From Tubiluchus corallicola (Eukaryota; Animalia; Priapulida), in contig JAQGDQ010001546.1 in assembly GCA_030141605.1 (NCBI GenBank), positions 1 to 35,322 of the forward strand: a stretch of 35,322 nt of DNA, in the 5' to 3' direction. Under the pieces are notes generated by a model. That model saw nothing but the letters and a program-made list of their open reading frames with translations, was not told the origin of the DNA and searched no databases. Of this stretch, positions 32,322 to 35,322 are shown piece by piece. Made by a program: the position numbers and the translations under genes. Numbering within the stretch: position 1 is the first letter of the stretch; each line of letters begins with the position of its first letter.

Positions 32322-32614
32322 CAAGGACTACTATACAACAGGACGTGCACGGTCAGATCTCTAACTCCGCTAGCGGAGGCGATCAATACTCGTAATGAAC
32401 GTAATCTAGTAATCTTTTGGGGGATATCATAGGTACCACTGTTTTTAAATTACTAGATGAATGAGAAATATGTTCTATGTGTATTGTGGAATGCTATAGG
32501 TCACCATGGGGGGTAAATATGTCCAAATTATTAGCACTAAATGTTAAAAATAGACCGCCTCAGCTAGCGGAGTCCGAGATCTGGCCCTGCACGTCCTGTG
32601 TATAGTAGTCCTTG
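32322..32614. mobile_element. P-element-like MITE
   Basis: About 60-bp imperfect TIRs starting CAAGGACTACTATACA; perfect 8-bp TSD ACAATGGT (32314-32321, 32615-32622). CANRG ends with an 8-bp TSD fit P; hAT is not excluded. Confidence 0.85.
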
Positions 32615-32637
32615 ACAATGGTGAGAAACATGTATAG

Positions 32638-32950
32638 TAGGGGCGAGCCCTTTTCTACCAGAAACCGAATTCGAATCGTATCGAATTAGTGACTTTCGAT
32701 TTCGAGTAGAACCGAATTTGTGATTTTCGAATTCGAATCGAACCGAATTTCAGTATTTCGAATCAGAATCGAATTCGAATTGAGTTTGAAAGATTTACCA
32801 ACACGTTTTCGAACCGCTAGTGAAAAGTGGTCTTACAAAGATCACGCATATTGCTTGATTCTATTCTGCAGTAAGACTGCCATTAGTTTGTGAAAAATTT
32901 TGCACAAAAACTGCAGCTAAATTGAGCTAATTGCTTGATGTTTCAAACAC
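32638..32950 (+). mobile_element. hAT-like CGAAT-repeat element, left fragment
   Basis: TAGGGGCGAGC start; collinear with 13702-13970. Confidence 0.65.
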
Positions 32951-33634
32951 CCTGGAGGCGAGTCAGCGAATAAACAATCCTTAAAATTATTAAAGAACTT
33001 TTTGTTCCACGGGGAAGGTTAAATAGAGGAGGTTTAATCCATAAAGGAGGTTAAATTATGCAGTCATGTAGCACACGTTGGATGCTCTTATTTTTATATT
33101 TTTCAATGAACAGAACCGTGATTTTATCCGAATAAACCGATATTCGCTTATACCGAACATGTTCAAATTGTTGTTTTTTATGCATGAGTGGTTTTTAACG
33201 AACTGCAAATTTTATTTCGCATAAACCAGGTCAGTCAAGCGTGGATTTGAACTCGAAACCTTCTGATGCAACGCATCCCTGAACAATGAGCAAACGCTTT
33301 TGCAGCAAAGGTGATTAACTGTGCAATCAGGTAACAAACAATGTGGCTAGGGTAACAAACCGTGCAATTAGGCTGACAAATATTGATAATGTGTTAATTA
33401 GAGTTAGAATAAATAAAAACACGAGACGATAATCTCTCTTTTTCAAACGAGCAATGTAAAAAGATTATTGTAGCATTTTGATTGATGGTAAATTATCACG
33501 AATTCTCATTAATTTAAGGTAGTAAAATTCTCTAGATTCTCATACTGGGATCTTGTCTATTGATTTCATTATTCTCTATTCGCTCAATGACTCGTTAGCA
33601 GGTCAGTTAGGGTCACGAAACTCACAAGGTCAGT

Positions 33635-35016
33635 AGTTCAGAATCACTTGCAACTGCCAGTAAATGAGAATCAATCACAACTGTCAATAAATCAGAATCA
33701 CTTGCAACTGTCACTAATTCAAAATCACTTGCAACTACCAGTAATTCAGAATCACTCACAACTGTCAATAAATCACAATGAGTCACAACTGTCAATAAAT
33801 CAGAATCACTCACAACTGTCAATAAATCAGAATCACTCACAACTGTCAGCAATTCAGAATCACTCGCAACTGTCAGTAATTCAAAATCACTTGCAACTGC
33901 CAGTAATTCAGAACCACTCACAACTGTCAGTAATTCAGAATCACTCACAACTGTCAATAAATCAGAATCACTCACAACTGTCAGTAATTCAGAATCATTC
34001 ACAACTGTCAGTAAATCAGAGTCACTCACAACTGTCAGTAAATCATGAGTCACAACTGTCAATAAATCAGAATCACTCACAACTGTCAATAAATCAGAAT
34101 CACTCACAACTGTCAGCAATTCAGAATCACTCGCAACTGTCAGTAATTCAAAATCACTTGCAACTGCCAGTAATTCAGAACCACTCACAACTGTCAGTAA
34201 TTCAGAATCACTCACAACTGTCAATAAATCAGAATCACTCACAACTGTCAGTAATTCAGAATCATTCACAACTGTCAGTAAATCAGAGTCACTCACAACT
34301 GTCAATAAATCACAATGAGTCACAACTGTCAATAAATCAGAATCACTCACAACTGTCAATAAATCAGAATCACTCACAACTGTCAGCAATTCAGAATCAC
34401 TCGCAACTGTCAGTAATTCAAAATCACTTGCAACTGCCAGTAATTCAGAACCACTCACAACTGTCAGTAATTCAGAATCACTCACAACTGTCAATAAATC
34501 AGAATCACTCACAACTGTCAGTAATTCAGAATCATTCACAACTGTCAGTAAATCAGAGTCACTCACAACTGTCAATAAATCAGAATCACTCACAACTGTC
34601 AATAAATCAGAATCACTCACAACTGTCAATAAATCAGAGTCACTCGCATTAATAATTCACAATCACTCACAACTGTCAATAAATCAGAAACACTCACAAG
34701 TGTCAATAAATCAGAAACACTCACAACTGTCAATAAATCAGAAACACTCACAACTGTCAATAAATCAGAGTCACTCGCATTTGTCAATAATTCACAATCA
34801 CTCACAACTGTCAATAAATCAGAAACACTCACAAGTGTCAATAAATCAGAAACACTCACAACTGTCAATAAATCAGAAACACTCACAAGTGTCAATAAAT
34901 CAGAGTCACTCGCATTTGTCAATAATTCACAATCACTCACAACTGCTAATATTTCAGAATCACTCACAACTGTCAATAATTCAGACTCACTTGCAGCTGA
35001 CAGTAGTTCAGAATCA
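33635..35016. repeat. 27-bp minisatellite, about 50 units, with higher-order structure
   Basis: Unit AATCACTCACAACTGTCAATAAATCAG; variant units recur at 270/267-bp and 135-bp spacing. Confidence 0.98.
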
Positions 35017-35311
35017 CCATAATAACACGTCTACATTTCAGTGGACATTCTAACCACACTATGCTACTCTGTTTTCTGTTGTATTTATGACGTGACTGGG
35101 TTTTATTAGGAAGATTTCTCTGCACAGGTTATGAAGAAAATTAAAGTTGTTTTGATGGCTATAAAAAGCAAAAGACATTAGTGTCATAAAAACTTGTTAT
35201 TTCATGTTATCGTGATGGCACGCTTGTCTATAAATGATTAGGATCGTGTTGCAGATTAGTAATTTCCTAATATGCGAGGATGCTGCTAGCGATCGTATTA
35301 GATTCATTTAC

Positions 35312-35322
35312 CTGGTCAGAGA
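35312..35322 (-). CDS. Probable 3' tip of upstream GPCR exon (…SLTR), truncated by the window edge
   Basis: Minus strand TCTCTGACCAG|GTAAAT; phase 2 matches the G GAA TGG start of the next exon (SLTR-EWSY). Only 11 nt visible. Confidence 0.55.

Noticed and set aside
33622-35053. 335-aa, 334-aa and shorter repetitive ORFs (VVSDSDLLT / NQNHSQLSI)
   Set aside because: Translations of a 27-bp satellite, open on both strands, with no non-repetitive domain and lying in a probable GPCR intron

Overview
AT-rich, intron- and repeat-rich eukaryotic genomic DNA from an animal, probably an invertebrate (taxon inferred). It holds two convergent spliced genes. (1) A complete 10-exon RNA 3'-terminal phosphate cyclase gene (RTCA, + strand, CDS 4998-18515, 360 aa, all introns GT-AG and in phase, catalytic His motif intact). 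(2) The 3' part of a class A GPCR (- strand; exons 35312-35322 partial, 30480-30655, 23486-24015) with an NRY motif, of the melatonin-receptor/Tre1/Moody-like orphan type. The rest is a dense mosaic of non-autonomous DNA transposons (hAT-Charlie-like, Kolobok-like TTAA, Tc1/pogo-like TA, PIF/Harbinger-like, P-like), 5S- and tRNA-like Pol III fragments, minisatellites and microsatellites. I found no transposase ORF, CRISPR array or clearly new biological system. The best leads are a possible N-terminally extended RTCA isoform, a chain of three TTAA-elements joined by single TTAA sites, a satellite built from a transposon TIR motif, a nested insertion with its empty site in the window, a higher-order 27-bp satellite, and an almost tail-less orphan GPCR. 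Family assignments come from remembered motifs; no database search was run.
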